Assembly (NCBI GenBank): GCA_050115495.1
Contig: JASFQK010000005.1
Location: 122,531-186,530 of the forward strand
DNA length: 64,000 nucleotides
From: Phycisphaerae bacterium
GTDB taxonomy: Bacteria; Planctomycetota; Phycisphaerae; UBA1845; Fen-1342
Direction of reading: 5' to 3'
A model generated the notes under the pieces. It was not told the origin of the DNA. It ran no database searches and saw nothing but the letters and a program-made list of their open reading frames with translations. Below are positions 63,606-64,000 of the stretch, piece after piece (the first letter of the stretch is position 1; each line of letters opens with the position of its first letter). A program made the translations under genes and the position numbers.

Positions 63606-63806
63606 AGTCCCGGAGGGACGAATGAATGTAGCCCAGCACGTCAGTGCTGGGATAAGGGACGTCGCGCGATGATCCAGTCCCGGAGGGACGGCTGAGCGAT
63701 GCGCGCGGCGAGACCTTCAGTCGTCCCCACGGGACTAGGAGGGGGAGGGGGCGTTTCGAATCCCAGCACTGCGTACTGGGCTACAATCAGACGTCCCTAC
63801 GGGACT
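63606..63806. repeat. ~200-bp nested palindromic REP/MITE-like element
   Basis: AGTCCCGGAGGGACG at 63606 and 63676; inverted copies CGTCCCCACGGGACT (63722) and CGTCCCTACGGGACT (63792); GTAGCCCAGCAC-gtca-GTGCTGGGA (63628) mirrored by TCCCAGCACTGCGTACTGGGCTAC (63761). Confidence 0.85.
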
Positions 63807-63877
63807 AAGACATCGCGTACGGGAGTGTCTCCGTTGTCGGGGCGTGAACCGCAGCAGCGCCATCGGCGGGCGAGGCC

Positions 63878-64000
63878 CAATGGTACTAACCTTGTCACGC
63901 GGCTCGTTTCTTGGTGTTTGCTCGTGGTGGTGGAGCGGTGGGCAGCTTGCTGGGGCGTTTCAGCTTGCCGTGGCCTTTGTTTTTGGTTTTCGTGTCATGC
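63878..64000 (-). mobile_element. Probable right end of an IS4-like element (transposase C-terminal tail plus terminal repeat), truncated by the window edge
   Basis: Minus frame ...HDTKTKNKGHGKLKRPSKLPTAPPPRANTKKRAA* (stop 63895-63897) immediately followed by CAAGGTTAGTACCATTG; abrupt drop in GC. Confidence 0.45.

Overview
High-GC bacterial chromosomal segment. Gene content and repeat families suggest Planctomycetota, probably Phycisphaerae (inference, not a database result). Left to right: a partial GlmL-like ATPase, lpxB, a PTS IIA protein, a five-gene acyl-CoA/butyryl-CoA operon, proC, methyltransferases, a GT87, an S8 lipoprotein protease, an SLC13 permease, an Rrf2 regulator, a TMTC-like TPR glycosyltransferase, HNH and STAS genes, a 1340-aa Cys-rich secreted protein, a PEP-CTERM protein, tRNA-Ile2(CAT), hutH, a ~12 kb surface-glycan cluster, an ArsR-RND efflux operon, a sucrose/mannosylfructose-type phosphatase-synthase-HIT operon, several palindromic repeat families, and a probable IS end at the right edge. 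Best candidate for a new system: the Cys-rich protein ends in a dockerin-like twin EF-hand module and the next gene is a single cohesin-like domain fused to PEP-CTERM, suggesting exosortase-anchored cohesin-dockerin surface display. Other leads: an unannotated ~130-nt RNA convergent on the Rrf2 gene, a VTC2/GDPGP1-like HIT enzyme coupled to a compatible-solute synthase, a palindrome inside a methyltransferase ORF, shared sigma28-like promoters, and a duplication/deletion scar in the glycan cluster. All family calls come from motifs read by eye; no searches were run.
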